Source: Bdellovibrionia bacterium
Lineage (GTDB): Bacteria; Bdellovibrionota; UBA1018
NCBI GenBank assembly: GCA_045805065.1
Contig: JBJMMA010000178.1
Coordinates: 1 to 21,347, forward strand
Length of the DNA stretch: 21,347 nt
Direction of reading: 5' to 3'
Positions 19,974-21,347 of this stretch are shown in pieces (position 1 is the first letter of the stretch; each line of letters opens with the position of its first letter). The notes under the pieces are model-generated. The model was not told the DNA's origin. It made no database searches and worked only from the letters and a program-made list of their open reading frames with translations. Made by a program: the position numbers and the translations under genes.

Positions 19974-20747
19974 TTAGAGAAGCCTGCCAGTGCGGCTTGG
20001 TCTGAACATGAACTGATGATCCGTAATATCCATCCAGACTGAGAGCCAGATCACGATGGCTTTGCCTTTGATGTTCTTCATAGGGACAAAGCCCCAGTAA
20101 CGGCCATCGTAAGAGTTGTCGCGGTTATCGCCCATGACGAAAAAGCTATCAGGCGGAACAGTGATCGGGCCAAAGTTCTCGGTGGCCACGCTGTTCTTGT
20201 CAAAGAAGGCAATGTGATCGCGAGTATCGAGATGTTCGGTAAAGACATCCAGTTTTGCCGGATCCTGTTTGGATGAAACATCCAGACGGTTCAGCTCCTC
20301 GGCGGCCTTCTCTCCGGTGCGTTCTTCCAGCGGCATGGCCTTTTGATTGATGTAAAGAACGCGGTTCTTCACTTCAATCGTATCGCCAGGCGTTCCAATC
20401 ACGCGCTTGATGTAGTTGTAGCTTTCGTCTTTCGGGAAGAGAAAGACAATGACGTCGCCACGTTTTGGAGGCGCCGCTTTCCAGATGTAGGTCGGGCCGT
20501 CTGAAAACCATTCCGTAAATGGAACTTTGAGCCCGTAAGCAAATTTGTTCACAAAAAGATAATCGCCAATCAGCAGCGTCGGAAGCATCGAGCCAGATGG
20601 GATTTTAAAAGGCTCAATGACGCTTGAGCGGATCGCCAAGACCAGAAGCAATGGCAGAGCCAAGGATTTGAGATTTTGAACGAGCCAGTTGGAAGGTTTG
20701 GCTTTAACCACAGCTTGGGTATCGGATTCAGAATGCATGTTGGCCAT
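19974..20747 (-). CDS. lepB: Signal peptidase I
   Basis: EPFKIPSGSMLPTL (catalytic Ser), RGDVIVF, YIKRVIG (catalytic Lys), GDNRDNSYDGRYWG, single N-terminal transmembrane helix. Confidence 0.97.
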   Translation of the reverse strand: MANMHSESDTQAVVKAKPSNWLVQNLKSLALPLLLVLAIRSSVIEPFKIPSGSMLPTLLIGDYLFVNKFAYGLKVPFTEWFSDGPTYIWKAAPPKRGDVIVFLFPKDESYNYIKRVIGTPGDTIEVKNRVLYINQKAMPLEERTGEKAAEELNRLDVSSKQDPAKLDVFTEHLDTRDHIAFFDKNSVATENFGPITVPPDSFFVMGDNRDNSYDGRYWGFVPMKNIKGKAIVIWLSVWMDITDHQFMFRPSRTGRLL

Positions 20748-20828
20748 CTTAACCAGGATGGGGGCCGTTTGTCGATGCTACATCATGTGTCCGGGATGAC
20801 TCACTTTCTGGGGCGACACCAAGCTTGC

Positions 20829-20841
20829 TAAGTAGTTGATT
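20829..20841 (-). promoter_or_regulatory. IHF binding site
   Basis: Reverse complement AATCAA-CTAC-TTA matches WATCAANNNNTTR exactly and lies just upstream of a sigma54 promoter. Confidence 0.7.
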
Positions 20842-20857
20842 TTAGGGAGAAACGTGT

Positions 20858-20873
20858 TGGCACTTCCGGTGCT
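20858..20873 (+). promoter_or_regulatory. Sigma54 (-24/-12) promoter
   Basis: TGGCAC-TTCCG-GTGCT with correct GG-N10-GC spacing, ~70 bp upstream of the GGDEF start. Confidence 0.8.
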
Positions 20874-20940
20874 TTATCTATCTGCAACGGGACGGACAAT
20901 CGGGTCCGGCTCGAATGAACCGAAATATCGGAGCTTGATC

Positions 20941-21347
20941 ATGAATCAGGAGCATCTGGAAGAGAGTCTCAGGGAAATTCGACAAGTCCTCTCACTCCTC
21001 CACGGTGAAATCACCGTCCTTGAGGATCACTATTCCAGAGTGCTCCTGGTTCTTGAGCGTTTCGAAGGGGCCGCGGACATTGATGATCTGACGGGATTGC
21101 TACGTAGGCGCGCGTTTTTCCGCAAGTGGCAGGCTCTTTTGGACGCATGCGAAAAGCTGCAAAAGAATTGCGGCGTCTTGATGATCGATATCGATCACTT
21201 CAAGAAGGTGAACGACACGCACGGGCATCCGACCGGAGACGAGGTGATCAAGCGGGTCGCCTCATTGTTGAAGCAGTATGAGTCGCCTCGATGCCTGGTC
21301 AGCAGGCTCGGGGGTGAGGAATTTGCTGTCGCCATCCAAGGTACAGA
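20941..21347 (+). CDS. Diguanylate cyclase (GGDEF domain), 3'-truncated; not in the ORF track
   Basis: Manual translation: MNQEHLEES...DDLTGLLRRR...LMIDIDHFKKVNDTHGHPTGDEVIK...SRLGGEEF. SD GGAG upstream. Confidence 0.95.
   Translation, partial: MNQEHLEESLREIRQVLSLLHGEITVLEDHYSRVLLVLERFEGAADIDDLTGLLRRRAFFRKWQALLDACEKLQKNCGVLMIDIDHFKKVNDTHGHPTGDEVIKRVASLLKQYESPRCLVSRLGGEEFAVAIQGT

Overview
Chromosomal window from a bacterium that is probably Bdellovibrionota. This is inferred from a Bdellovibrio-type MAT/tail-fibre adhesin, an HDOD/sigma54 signalling operon and myxobacterial-style TolQ/R genes. In order it holds a 5'-truncated multi-PAS histidine kinase, a DHFR-like gene, tRNA-Ser(GGA), a stand-alone receiver protein, a SAM methyltransferase, a YciB-like membrane protein, an ExbB/ExbD pair, a lysine 2,3-aminomutase with a coupled lipoprotein, and a 1035-aa collagen-containing S74-chaperone fibre. 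Then come two ~69% identical secreted paralogues flanking a DUF1080-like gene, an HDOD-kinase-NtrC operon, a 642-aa orphan, signal peptidase I, and a 3'-truncated GGDEF cyclase behind a clear sigma54/IHF promoter. The best candidate for new biology is the 642-aa orphan (17919-19847, minus). By eye it reads as signal peptide + divergent CCA/poly(A)-polymerase-like nucleotidyltransferase + H-Y-type ADP-ribosyltransferase-like domain, with its SD and start codon locked in a hairpin, as might be expected of an exported effector or toxin. No integrase, transposase or CRISPR array was seen. All domain calls are from motif reading, not database searches.
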